This document shows, one piece after another, positions 29,124 to 38,618 of a DNA stretch of 64,000 nucleotides (position 1 is the first letter of the stretch; every line of letters begins with the position of its first letter). The stretch is from an uncultured Clostridia bacterium (GTDB taxonomy: Bacteria > Bacillota > Clostridia > Oscillospirales > JAAYOS01). The notes beneath the pieces are model-generated. The model was not told the DNA's origin, searched no databases, and was given only the letters and a program-made list of their open reading frames with translations. The position numbers were made by a program, and so were the translations under genes. The DNA lies in assembly GCA_947631015.1 (NCBI GenBank), contig CANRJS010000009.1, forward strand, positions 1,301 to 65,300, given 5' to 3'.

Positions 29124-30216
29124 CTTCGGCGAAGCGTTCAGGGTTACGGTATTCGGCGAGTCGCACGGTGCGGGCATCGGCGCCGTCGCGGAGGGCTTTC
29201 CCGCGGGCGAGCACATCGACCCGGACGCGCTTGCGCGCTTCATGGCGCGCCGCGCCGGAGGCAAGAGCTTCTCGACACAACGCCGCGAGGCGGACAGTCC
29301 CCGCTTCCTCGGCGGCATAAGGGACGGCGTCCTCACCGGCGCGCCGCTCTCTCTCTTTATCGAGAACGCCTCGCAGCGCTCCTCGGATTACAGGTCCTTT
29401 GAGAACATACCCCGTCCGTCCCACGCGGACTATCCGATGTACGTTAAGTACGGCGGATACGCCGACCGCGCGGGCGGCGGACACTTCTCCGGCCGCCTCA
29501 CCGCCGCGATATGCGCCGTCGGCGGCATGGCAAAGCAGATACTCGCGCGGCGCGGCATATACGTCGGCGCGCACGCCGCCGCGATAGCGGGGGTGCGCGA
29601 CGCGGCGTTCGACCCCCTCCGCGTCACCCGCGCGGAGCTCGAGGCGGCAGGCAAAAAGGAGTTTCCCGCGCTCGACGACGACGCCGCCGAAAGAATGCTC
29701 GCGGCGATAGCCTCCGCGCGCGCCGAGTGCGACAGCGTCGGCGGCACAGTCGAGTGCACCGCCGTCGGACTGCCCACGGGGCTTGGCGAACCGCTCTCGG
29801 GCGGCGTTGAGAACCGCCTGTCTGCGGCAATGTTCACCCTCGGCGCGGTGCGCGGCATAGAGTTTGGGGACGGCTTCGCCGCCGCCGAGATGCGCGGCTC
29901 GGAGCACAATGACGGCTACGGCCTCTCGGACGGCAGAGTGACGCCGCTCACGAACCACGCCGGCGGCGTCCTCGGCGGCATGACGACCGGCGCGCCGCTT
30001 CTCTTCCGAGTCGCGTTCAAGCCGACGCCGTCCATCTCGAAGCCGCAGCGGTCGGTCGACCTCGCGAACGGCAGGGAGACCGAGCTTGTCATCGCGGGCA
30101 GGCACGACCCGTGCATCGTCCCGCGCGCCGTCCCGTGCGTTGAAGCGGTGACGGCCTGCGTGCTTCTCGACCTCATCCTCGGAAACAAAGGAGTGAGCGA
30201 AAATGGAACTCTCTGA
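29113..30216 (+). CDS. aroC: Chorismate synthase
   Basis: FGESHG, RPSHAD, SGRLTA, FKPTPSI, GRHDPCIVPRA. Confidence 0.97.
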   Translation: MSSSFGEAFRVTVFGESHGAGIGAVAEGFPAGEHIDPDALARFMARRAGGKSFSTQRREADSPRFLGGIRDGVLTGAPLSLFIENASQRSSDYRSFENIPRPSHADYPMYVKYGGYADRAGGGHFSGRLTAAICAVGGMAKQILARRGIYVGAHAAAIAGVRDAAFDPLRVTRAELEAAGKKEFPALDDDAAERMLAAIASARAECDSVGGTVECTAVGLPTGLGEPLSGGVENRLSAAMFTLGAVRGIEFGDGFAAAEMRGSEHNDGYGLSDGRVTPLTNHAGGVLGGMTTGAPLLFRVAFKPTPSISKPQRSVDLANGRETELVIAGRHDPCIVPRAVPCVEAVTACVLLDLILGNKGVSENGTL

Positions 30217-31330
30217 ACTTCGCGCCCGGCTGGATGTGCTGGATAAACAGCTTCTTGCGCTCTTCACGGAGCGCATGGGCATCGCCGCCGACGTGGCGGC
30301 TGTGAAGAAGCGCGACGGGCTCGCGCTCTACCAGCCCGACCGCGAACAGCAGATACTCGAGCGCGTCGGCGCGGAGGCTGGCGAGCTCGGCGGATATGCC
30401 CGCGCGCTATTCTCCACGCTGATGGCTCTCAGCCGCAGCTATCAGGCGCACCTCGGCGGCGCCGGGGACGACATCGTGCGTGCGTTTGACAGCGCCTCCG
30501 TGCGGGACGACTTCCCGCGCGGAGGGAACGTTGCGTGTCAGGGCGTCACCGGAGCGTTTTCCGAGGAAGCGTGCCTCGGCCTCATGCCGGACGCGCACAT
30601 ACTCTTCTTCAAGAACTTCGACGCGGTGTTCTCCGCCGTGGAAAGCGGTCTCTGCGCCTACGGAGTGCTTCCCGCCGAAAACTCCACCCACGGCACGGTG
30701 AGCCGAGTCTACGACCTCATGCTCGAGCACCGCTTCAGCATCGTCCGCTCGACGAAGCTGAAGGTCTCGCAGTCGCTTCTCGCGCCAAGTGGCGTCGGTC
30801 TTCGCGACATACGCGAGGTGATAAGCCACGAACAGGCGCTCGGACAATGCAGAGCCTACCTCGAAAAGCTCGGCGTCACGGCGACCGCCGTCGAGAATAC
30901 GGCGGTTGCGGCAAAGACCGTCGCGGAGAGCGGACGGCGCGACCTCGCGGCGCTGTCTTCCGCGCGCTGTGCCGAGCTGTACGGGCTCGACGTCCTCGCG
31001 GAGGACGTCCAGGACGAGAGCTCGAACTTCACCCGCTTCATCTGCATAGCGCCGGAGATGCGGATATACCCCGGCGCAAACAAGCTGAGCTTTGTCTGCT
31101 CGCTTAAACACATTCCCGGCGCGCTCTACTCGCTCATAAGCCGTATAGCCGCGCTCGGTCTGAACCTCACGAAGCTCGAGAGCCGCCCGATACCCGGGCG
31201 CGACTTCGAGTTCACCTTCTACTTCGACATCGAGGCCGACCCGTCCGACCCGGACGTCCGTGCGCTGATAGGCGAGCTTGAGACCGTGACCGAGAGCTTC
31301 CGCTTCCTCGGCGCTTACTCGGAGGTGTAG
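30203..31330 (+). CDS. pheA: Bifunctional chorismate mutase/prephenate dehydratase
   Basis: N-terminal CM (LRARLDVLDKQLL), PDT ENST...GTV, SHEQALGQC, NFTRF, ACT LTKLESRP. Confidence 0.95.
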   Translation: MELSELRARLDVLDKQLLALFTERMGIAADVAAVKKRDGLALYQPDREQQILERVGAEAGELGGYARALFSTLMALSRSYQAHLGGAGDDIVRAFDSASVRDDFPRGGNVACQGVTGAFSEEACLGLMPDAHILFFKNFDAVFSAVESGLCAYGVLPAENSTHGTVSRVYDLMLEHRFSIVRSTKLKVSQSLLAPSGVGLRDIREVISHEQALGQCRAYLEKLGVTATAVENTAVAAKTVAESGRRDLAALSSARCAELYGLDVLAEDVQDESSNFTRFICIAPEMRIYPGANKLSFVCSLKHIPGALYSLISRIAALGLNLTKLESRPIPGRDFEFTFYFDIEADPSDPDVRALIGELETVTESFRFLGAYSEV

Positions 31331-31331
31331 C

Positions 31332-32582
31332 ATGAAGCTCGGTCTTATTGGAAACCCGCTCGGCCACAGCTACTCCGCTATAATACACAAGCGGTTCGGC
31401 GGGGACTACTTCCTGCACGAGCTTGAGCGGAAGGAGCTTGCGGACTTTCTCACGCATGGCGAGTGGGACGGGCTCAACGTCACCATTCCATACAAGCGGG
31501 ACGTCATTCCCTTCTGCTCCGAGCTCGGCTCCGCCGCGCGGGCGATAGGCAGCGTGAACACGCTCGTCCGCCGTCCGGACGGCAGCATATTCGGAGACAA
31601 CACCGACTACACCGGCTTTCTCGCCCTCTCCCGCCGCGCCGGCGCGGACTTTGCGGGAAAGAAGGTGCTCATCCTCGGCTCGGGCGGCACGTCGCTCACG
31701 GCGCGCGCCGTCGCGCGGGACGAGGGCGCGCGGGAGATACTCGTCGCGAGCCGCACCCCCTCCGGCGAGGGAATGATAGGCTACGGCGACATAGACCGCC
31801 ACCTCGACGCGGACATACTTATAAACACCACGCCCGTCGGGATGTTCCCTAATGAGGACGCCGTTCCGGTCGAGCCGGAGCGCTTCAGTCGGCTTGAGTG
31901 CGTACTTGACGTGATATACAATCCGCTCCGCACCGAGCTTGTCCGCCGCGCCCGCGCCGCCGGGATACCGGCCTGCGGCGGGCTGTACATGCTCGTCTCT
32001 CAGGCGGAGGCGGCGCGGAAGATCTTCGGCGCGGAGAACCGCGCCTCCTGCGAGGATGTCTACTCCGGCCTTCTCCGCAGCCGCGAGAACGTCGCCCTCA
32101 TCGGTATGCCGGGGTGCGGAAAGAGCACCGTCGGCGCGCTCGTCGCGGCGGCGCTCGGGCGCGAGCTCGTCGACACCGACGAGATGGTCGAAAAGGCGGC
32201 GGGGATGACCGTCCCCGAGATATTTGCCGCCGAGGGAGAGGCGGGCTTCCGCCGCCGCGAGCGCGCGGCGATCGCCGAGGCGTCCACCCTGCGCGGCGCG
32301 GTCATCGCCACCGGCGGCGGCGCTCCGACCTTCGAGCAGAACCGCGCGGCGCTCCGCCGTTCGGCGCGGGTGTACTATGTCGAGCGGGACGTCGCTCTGC
32401 TCTCGACCGACGGGCGGCCGCTCTCGACCTCGCGGGAGCGCCTGCACACAATGCTTGCAGAGCGGACGCCGTCCTACCTTGCCTGCTCGGACGTCAGCGT
32501 GAAAAACGACCGCCGTCCGGAGGACGCGGCGGTGGAGATAGTGAGGGATTTCAATGAAAATTCTTGTGATCAACGGGCCTAA
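31332..32582 (+). CDS. Shikimate dehydrogenase-shikimate kinase fusion (AroE-AroK)
   Basis: GNPLGHSYS, NVTIPYK, GDNTD; C-terminal LIGMPGCGKSTVG, ATGGG. Confidence 0.93.
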   Translation: MKLGLIGNPLGHSYSAIIHKRFGGDYFLHELERKELADFLTHGEWDGLNVTIPYKRDVIPFCSELGSAARAIGSVNTLVRRPDGSIFGDNTDYTGFLALSRRAGADFAGKKVLILGSGGTSLTARAVARDEGAREILVASRTPSGEGMIGYGDIDRHLDADILINTTPVGMFPNEDAVPVEPERFSRLECVLDVIYNPLRTELVRRARAAGIPACGGLYMLVSQAEAARKIFGAENRASCEDVYSGLLRSRENVALIGMPGCGKSTVGALVAAALGRELVDTDEMVEKAAGMTVPEIFAAEGEAGFRRRERAAIAEASTLRGAVIATGGGAPTFEQNRAALRRSARVYYVERDVALLSTDGRPLSTSRERLHTMLAERTPSYLACSDVSVKNDRRPEDAAVEIVRDFNENSCDQRA

Positions 32583-32997
32583 CATCAACATGCTCGGCAT
32601 ACGCGAGCCGGACGTCTACGGAAAGAACACCTACGCCGACCTCTGCGAATTTGTCAAGCAATCGGCGGAGGAACTCGGCGTCGAGGTCGAGCTGTTCCAG
32701 TCGAACCACGAGGGAAGCATCGTCGACCGCATACAGGAGGCATACGGGAATATCGACGGTATCGTCATCAATCCCGCCGCCTACACGCACACGTCGGTCG
32801 CGATACTCGACGCGCTGAAGGCCGTGTCGATACCCGCGGTCGAGGTCCACATCTCGGACGTCGCGGCGCGCGAGGATTTCCGACAGATAAGCTACGCCGG
32901 TATGGCGTGCGTGAAAACCTACAAGGGTCTCGGCTTCGAGGGCTACCGCGAGGCAATGAAGTTCCTCACAGAATACGCCGGGAAGTCCGTCGAATGA
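32554..32997 (+). CDS. aroQ: Type II 3-dehydroquinate dehydratase
   Basis: NGPNINMLGIREP, QSNHEG, INPAAYTHTS, EVHIS. Confidence 0.97.
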   Translation: MKILVINGPNINMLGIREPDVYGKNTYADLCEFVKQSAEELGVEVELFQSNHEGSIVDRIQEAYGNIDGIVINPAAYTHTSVAILDALKAVSIPAVEVHISDVAAREDFRQISYAGMACVKTYKGLGFEGYREAMKFLTEYAGKSVE

Positions 32998-33431
32998 GCG
33001 GCGCGGAGACTATGGACGGCTGCATCTTCTGCCGGATAGCAAACGGCTCCGCACCCTGCATGAAGGTGTACGAGGACGAACACACCGTGGCGTTTCTCGA
33101 TGTTGCGGGCGACGTGGACGGTCACATACTCGCTGTCCCGAAAAAGCACGTGAAAAGCATCCTCGACTGCGACGCGGAGACGCTTTCCCGCCTCACCGAG
33201 ACGGTTCGGCTCATCTCGAAGCATCTCACGGAGAACTGCGGCTACGACGGCGTGAACCTCCTGAACGCCAGCGGCGCGAGCGCCGGACAGTCGGTGCCGC
33301 ACCTGCATGTCCATATCATCCCGAGGCGGAGCGGCGACGGCATAGACGCGTGGCCGCGCTTCGGCGGAGCGAAGGAGGATCCGGCGGTACTCCTCGAAAA
33401 GCTCGCTGTCTGGAATGAAAAAAGGTTATGA
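32994..33431 (+). CDS. HIT family protein
   Basis: CIFC, GQSVPHLHVHIIPR; start overlaps the aroQ stop. Confidence 0.92.
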   Translation: MSGAETMDGCIFCRIANGSAPCMKVYEDEHTVAFLDVAGDVDGHILAVPKKHVKSILDCDAETLSRLTETVRLISKHLTENCGYDGVNLLNASGASAGQSVPHLHVHIIPRRSGDGIDAWPRFGGAKEDPAVLLEKLAVWNEKRL

Positions 33432-33500
33432 ATTTCCCATGGCGCGGCGTGAAATTTTCACGCCGCGCCCGAAATATCGGCTGATATTTCCTCCCCGCTA

Positions 33501-33529
33501 TTGCAAAACACCCGGCAATAGTATACAAT
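33501..33529 (+). promoter_or_regulatory. sigmaA promoter of GH5 gene
   Basis: TTGCAA-N17-TACAAT. Confidence 0.65.
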
Positions 33530-33568
33530 GTTTTCGTACCACAAGATTACATAAATTCGGAGGGCATT

Positions 33569-34927
33569 ATGGGAAACAACAAAAAGAAACAGTCCCCGCA
33601 GCAGAAGACCGAAGAGGCGGAGCAGAAGACGAAAGAGACGAAAAAGAAGAAGCTCGTCGGCATCGTGTGCTGTCTTGCGGTCGTGGCGGGCATCACGGCG
33701 GGATTTTTCGTCGGCAGGGGCGTGAACGGCACGGCAAAGCGCCCGAACCACATCACCGACAAGGACTTTCTCACCGTCACCGGCTCCGACCTCACCAACC
33801 GGGACGGCGAGGTCATCCGTCTGCGCGGCGTGAACCTCGGCGGCTGGATGATACAGGAGTGCTGGATGTGCCCCGTCATCGGCGCGGACGGCGAGTGGGG
33901 CAATCTCGACACGATAGAGGCGTTCGAAGCCGCCGGCTTCACCGAGGAGCAGATACAGCAACTCTTTGACACCTATCAGGACAACTGGATAACCGAGACC
34001 GACCTCGACATCATAGCCGACTTCGGCGCGAACTGCATCCGCGTCCCGTTCTGGTACCGCAACTTCATGAAAAACGAGGCGGGCGACTGGATCGAGGACG
34101 ATCTTGACAAAAACCCCGGCTTCAAGCGGCTCGACTGGGTCATAGAGCAGGCGGGCGCTCGCGGGATGTACGTCATTCTCGACCTCCACGGCGCGCCGGG
34201 CGGGCAGAGCATGAACCACTCGTCCGGCACGGTAGGCCGCAACGACCTCTACTCCTCCGACGAGTGCCGGGCGACGATGAAGAAGCTCTGGACGGCGATA
34301 GCCGAGCGGTACAAGGACGAGCCCGCCGTCGCCGCCTACGACCTCATGAACGAGCCGCAGAACAACGACGGCTTCGAGGAAAACGAGCACTTCGTCAGCC
34401 CGTGGGACGAGGCCGCGTGGCAGCAGACAAACGATGTCTACCGCGAGATGACCGCCGCCGTCCGCGCGGTCGACCCGGACCATGTCATCTCGGTCGAGGG
34501 CATCTGGCGCATCACGAACCTCCCGGACCCCGAGGACGAGGGCTGGACGAACATGCTCTATCAGGTCCATCTCTACGACGACACGGCGCAGTTCAGGACG
34601 CTCGCGAAGGAGGTCGCGGCCTACGGCAAGGCGCACGGCGTCGCGACGCTCGTGGGCGAGTTCTCTAACATGGCGGGCATTGAGATATGCGACGAGAACG
34701 GCATAAGCTGGACCTCGTGGACCTACAAGGGCGCGAAGGGCTCGAACGGCACTTGGTTCTGGTACTACGGCACCCCGACGCCCGCCGTCCCCAAGAACAC
34801 CGACTTCGACACCGCGCTCGAGCGCTGGGGCGAGGCCATCCGCACCGAGAACGGCTTCACGCAGTCCGGCGTCGTCACAAGCGCCATACGCAATGCGCTG
34901 AATCCGTCCTCCGAGCCGGAGAAATAA
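33569..34927 (+). CDS. Glycoside hydrolase family 5 with N-terminal membrane anchor
   Basis: LRGVNLGGW, IRVPFWY, ILDLHGAPGGQ, acid/base NEP, nucleophile GEF. Confidence 0.92.
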   Translation: MGNNKKKQSPQQKTEEAEQKTKETKKKKLVGIVCCLAVVAGITAGFFVGRGVNGTAKRPNHITDKDFLTVTGSDLTNRDGEVIRLRGVNLGGWMIQECWMCPVIGADGEWGNLDTIEAFEAAGFTEEQIQQLFDTYQDNWITETDLDIIADFGANCIRVPFWYRNFMKNEAGDWIEDDLDKNPGFKRLDWVIEQAGARGMYVILDLHGAPGGQSMNHSSGTVGRNDLYSSDECRATMKKLWTAIAERYKDEPAVAAYDLMNEPQNNDGFEENEHFVSPWDEAAWQQTNDVYREMTAAVRAVDPDHVISVEGIWRITNLPDPEDEGWTNMLYQVHLYDDTAQFRTLAKEVAAYGKAHGVATLVGEFSNMAGIEICDENGISWTSWTYKGAKGSNGTWFWYYGTPTPAVPKNTDFDTALERWGEAIRTENGFTQSGVVTSAIRNALNPSSEPEK

Positions 34928-34957
34928 ATCAGTTCAATCCGAAATAACAATAATGAA

Positions 34958-35001
34958 CGGCAAACAACGAACCGCCTTGTTAGGCGGTTCGTTGTTTGCC
35001 G
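34958..35001. terminator. 20-bp perfect hairpin between convergent genes
   Basis: CGGCAAACAACGAACCGCCT-tgtt-AGGCGGTTCGTTGTTTGCCG. Confidence 0.8.
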
Positions 35002-35076
35002 ATTTTGATCCAAACGGAAAGATTTTTATCGGCGGTGAGGAGTTTTTCTATTTTTATCCTTTAGAAGCACAGAATT

Positions 35077-35748
35077 TTATCGGTTCGCCATAGATTCCAA
35101 CATCTCTTGAGAAAGCGCCGTTATTTCCCCGTTATGGATCCGATATATCCGCCCGACTGGCGAGGCGTATCCGTCTTTTACAAAAATAGCGCTGTCATCT
35201 TCCATTGCACAAACAGGGAGTTCCATGGAGATTTGCTTCAATGTCTGTACCAATTCTTTGTTTTCCATGTCAAAATGAGCTTTGATCGTAATATCGGCAA
35301 GGGCAAGTCCATCGTAAGGCGTCAAGGATTCCCAAATATCGACCGAATGCTTTGCCATATTGACAGATCCGGCGCTCACCCCTAAAATAACCGCCGAACT
35401 ACTGCGGATCTCATCAACGATCGCTTTTCTGCGAAGCAGTTGAAATTGCTGCGTTGCATTGCCGCCCATAAGGAAGATACACGAACCCGTTCGGATGAGT
35501 TCTTTCGCTAAAACCACCTCTGTTCTGTTGTCAATTACATAGTATTCAGAAAACGGCAAATCACATTCTTCAAACATACCGTGCATACCGGCAGCATCAT
35601 TATCATTGCGCCCATACTCTGACGGCCATGCGCTTATAAAAACGAGCCTTCTGCGAACGGATAATTCTTCTTTGAGACGATCCACAACGGCATCGGGAAA
35701 ATGATGTGTCGGAAACCCGCTGAAAAAGCCAAGCATTTGTGCATTCAT
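35077..35748 (-). CDS. Peptidase S51/peptidase E-like (type 1 glutamine amidotransferase-like) protein, low GC
   Basis: The real gene is the C-terminal part of track ORF 35077..36582 (MNAQMLGFFSG); IFLMGGNATQQ, GVSAGS, IKAHFD. Confidence 0.85.
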   Translation of the reverse strand: MNAQMLGFFSGFPTHHFPDAVVDRLKEELSVRRRLVFISAWPSEYGRNDNDAAGMHGMFEECDLPFSEYYVIDNRTEVVLAKELIRTGSCIFLMGGNATQQFQLLRRKAIVDEIRSSSAVILGVSAGSVNMAKHSVDIWESLTPYDGLALADITIKAHFDMENKELVQTLKQISMELPVCAMEDDSAIFVKDGYASPVGRIYRIHNGEITALSQEMLESMANR

Positions 35749-36692
35749 AGTAGCCGTTCTATCTCCTCCCGCGAAGGGATGGCATCTATCGCGCCGTGCT
35801 TCGTCGTCGCGAGGCTCCCAGCCGCCGCCGCGAAGCGCATCAGCTCCTCCGCCTCGTCGAGGGTGAGGGCGTTCGCGTTTCCTCCGAGTTCGAGTAGCTT
35901 CGTCATGGCCGCGCCGCCGAAGCAGTCCCCCGCCCCGGTAGTGTCGACGACCGTGACGTCCGGCGCCGGAACCTTCACCGTGCCGCATTTGAACGCTCCG
36001 ACCGCGCCCTTTCCTCCGCAGGTGACAAACACCGCGTCGAGGCCGTACCGCTCGCGGAGCGTACCCGCAGCCTCCTCCGCATCGCTTATGCCGAACAGCC
36101 ACTCGGCCTCCTCCTCGGACACCTTGAGGATGCTCGCGTAGTCCATCGCTCCGAGCACCTCCCGGCGGAGCTCGTCTTCCCTGCCCTTCCAGAGCGGAAA
36201 GCGGAGGTTCGGGTCGAAGCTGACCGTCACGCCGCTGCCCTTCGCGTGCATGGCGAGGGTGAGCACGGTCCGGCGCTCCGGCTCCTCCGCGAGCGCGACC
36301 GAGCCGAAGTGCAGCACGCGGGCGTTCTCCGCCGCGCACAGAAGCTCCACATTGAGCGCGAGCGCCGTATCCGCAAGACCCTTGCGGTAGAAGGAAAAGC
36401 TCCTGTCCCCCTTGTCGTCGAGATGCACGAACGCAAGCGTCGTGCCGCGCTCGGGGTCGGTCTGTATGTAGTCGTCGATGAGTCCGCAGTCCTTCAAGGT
36501 GCTGCGTATCTGACGGCCGAACGCGTCGTCCCCGACGCGCGCGGCGGCAGCGCTGCGAAGTCCGAGCTTTGCCGCGACGCACGCGCTGTTTGCCGGCGCG
36601 CCGCCGACCTTCGGCAGGAACGCGCCGTCCTTCGGCGTCATGTCTATCAGCGCCTCGCCCACAGCGAGGAAGTCAAGCCTTGTTTCTTCCAT
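35745..36692 (-). CDS. PfkB family carbohydrate kinase (fructokinase-like)
   Basis: GGAPAN, VGDDAFG, DPNLR, DTTGAGDCF. Confidence 0.93.
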   Translation of the reverse strand: MEETRLDFLAVGEALIDMTPKDGAFLPKVGGAPANSACVAAKLGLRSAAAARVGDDAFGRQIRSTLKDCGLIDDYIQTDPERGTTLAFVHLDDKGDRSFSFYRKGLADTALALNVELLCAAENARVLHFGSVALAEEPERRTVLTLAMHAKGSGVTVSFDPNLRFPLWKGREDELRREVLGAMDYASILKVSEEEAEWLFGISDAEEAAGTLRERYGLDAVFVTCGGKGAVGAFKCGTVKVPAPDVTVVDTTGAGDCFGGAAMTKLLELGGNANALTLDEAEELMRFAAAAGSLATTKHGAIDAIPSREEIERLL

Positions 36693-38400
36693 ACTTCTCC
36701 TGCTCCTCCTTCTCAAGCAGCGAATACGCGACCTTGCCTACTCCGGTGAGCGGCAGTTCGCTCCTGAACTCTATTTCTCGCGGAAGCGCGTACCGCGCGA
36801 CCTCCTTGCGGCAATACCCAAGGATGTCCTCCTTCAGCCCGTCCGATGGCTCCGTACCCTTCTTCGGGACAATGAACGCCTTCACCCTCTGCATCCTGTA
36901 CGGGTCGGGCACGCCTATCACGCAGCACTTCTCGACCGCCGGGTGCTTCTCTAGCACCGATTCTATCCGCGACGGGTAGACGTTATAGCCGCTCGTGACT
37001 ATCACTCTCTTGAGGCGCTGGCGGAAGAATACGAAGCCGTCCGCGTCCATCATGCCGAGGTCGCCGGTGTGAAGCCACACCTCGCCGTCCTCATGGCGGC
37101 GGAGAGCAAGCGCGGTCTCCTCCTCGCGGTCGATGTAGCCCGACATGAGCGACGGGCCGGTGATGCATATCTCGCCCTCCTCGCCGGGCGCCATACGCTC
37201 CCCGGACTTTGGGGCGCATATCTCGTAGAAGGTGTCCGGGAAGGGTATGCCGATGCTTCCCTCCACCTCGCGGTCTATCGGCGTGAGGCAGGACGCCGTC
37301 ACGCATTCGGTGAGTCCGTACCCCTCGCGCACGCGGACGTGCGCGCCGTGCTCCGCGAGATAGCTGTCAAACCGCTTTTTCAGCTCCGGAGAGAGCGAGT
37401 CTCCGCCGGAGAACACTCCCTCGAGGAAGTCGAGCTTCACGCCGTCGAGGAACGGGTTCCTTATCATCGCCTCGTAGAGCGTCGGGACTCCCGCGATGAA
37501 CGTCGGCTTTTTCTTCTTTATGAGCGTTGCGTACTCCTTGAGTACGAGTCGCGGCACGAGCAGGGTCTTTCCACCCGCCGTGAGCAGAGTGTGGACGCAC
37601 ACCCCAAGCCCGAAGCCGTGGAACATCGGCATGGCGGCGAGCATGCTCATCCACCGCTCTATCGGCTTGCCGAGCATGGCGGCGGTCTGGACGGCAAGAG
37701 CGTTCATCGCGAGGTTCGAGAGGCGGACGCCCTTCGCCTCGCCGCTCGTCCCGCCGCTGAACAGGACTACCGCCTCGTCCTCGGCGCGGCCGACGTCCGG
37801 CTCGAGGGAGACGCCCTCTCCGAGCGCGAGGAAGTCCCGCCACTTCAGCGTCATCCCGCCCTCCGGGCGCGGATACTTCCTGCCGGAGGCGAGCGTGTAC
37901 GCCGCGAGCTTCACGCGCGGCAGCTCGTCCGCGGGGGTGGTGAAGACTATCCTCTCAAGCGTCGAGCCGGGCGCGACGCCGAGGAACTTCCCATAAGCCC
38001 CGTCAAACGTCACCGCGACGCGGCTCTTTACCGTCCCGAGAGCGTGGCGCAGCTCCCCCTCCGCCGATAGCGGATGGATAAGACAGGCCACGGCGTCGAT
38101 GCGGTTCAGCGCGTAGAGGCAGTACACCGCCTGCGGGGTATTCGGAAGGCAGAGCAGGACGCGCTCGCCGCGCGTCACGCCGAGCGCCGCGAAGCTTCGC
38201 GCCGCCTCGTCTATCCGCCGCATGAGCGTCGAATATGTGTAGTCTCTATTCATATAGCTGAGCGCCGTCCGCTCGGGTTCGCTCGCGGCCGACGGCTCTA
38301 TCGCGCGGAACATGCTTCCCTCGGGATAGTCCAGCTCCGCCGGGACCGGACCGTAGAAGCGCTTCCACGGCGCTGGAATGTTCTTTTCGGGTATCCTCAT
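36673..38400 (-). CDS. Long-chain acyl-CoA synthetase (AMP-binding)
   Basis: FSGGTSGEAKG, EGYGLTE, LHTGDLG, LTGVGKV. Confidence 0.93.
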   Translation of the reverse strand: MRIPEKNIPAPWKRFYGPVPAELDYPEGSMFRAIEPSAASEPERTALSYMNRDYTYSTLMRRIDEAARSFAALGVTRGERVLLCLPNTPQAVYCLYALNRIDAVACLIHPLSAEGELRHALGTVKSRVAVTFDGAYGKFLGVAPGSTLERIVFTTPADELPRVKLAAYTLASGRKYPRPEGGMTLKWRDFLALGEGVSLEPDVGRAEDEAVVLFSGGTSGEAKGVRLSNLAMNALAVQTAAMLGKPIERWMSMLAAMPMFHGFGLGVCVHTLLTAGGKTLLVPRLVLKEYATLIKKKKPTFIAGVPTLYEAMIRNPFLDGVKLDFLEGVFSGGDSLSPELKKRFDSYLAEHGAHVRVREGYGLTECVTASCLTPIDREVEGSIGIPFPDTFYEICAPKSGERMAPGEEGEICITGPSLMSGYIDREEETALALRRHEDGEVWLHTGDLGMMDADGFVFFRQRLKRVIVTSGYNVYPSRIESVLEKHPAVEKCCVIGVPDPYRMQRVKAFIVPKKGTEPSDGLKEDILGYCRKEVARYALPREIEFRSELPLTGVGKVAYSLLEKEEQEKYGRNKA

Positions 38401-38495
38401 ACTTCCTCCGCATAATACGGGAATTTACAACACCTCAATTATATCACATTGTACGTCAAAAACAACACGGACTTTTTCCGTCCGCCGAGCGCGGC

Positions 38496-38524
38496 TTGCA
38501 TTCGTCCCGGCGCGGTGCTATAAT
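38496..38524 (+). promoter_or_regulatory. sigmaA promoter of carboxypeptidase gene
   Basis: TTGCAT-N17-TATAAT with extended TG. Confidence 0.7.
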
Positions 38525-38618
38525 AGCCGTAGAGCGGCTATTATAAATTATTAATGCCGTTTTGCTCCCGTCCTTCGGGCGGCATAACGGCGTATACATT
38601 TCCACAGGAGGTAATCAA

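Noticed and set aside
35077-36582. 501-aa ORF as a single fusion protein
   Set aside because: The N-terminal part is an alternate-frame shadow of pfkB; only 35077-35748 has protein-like content.
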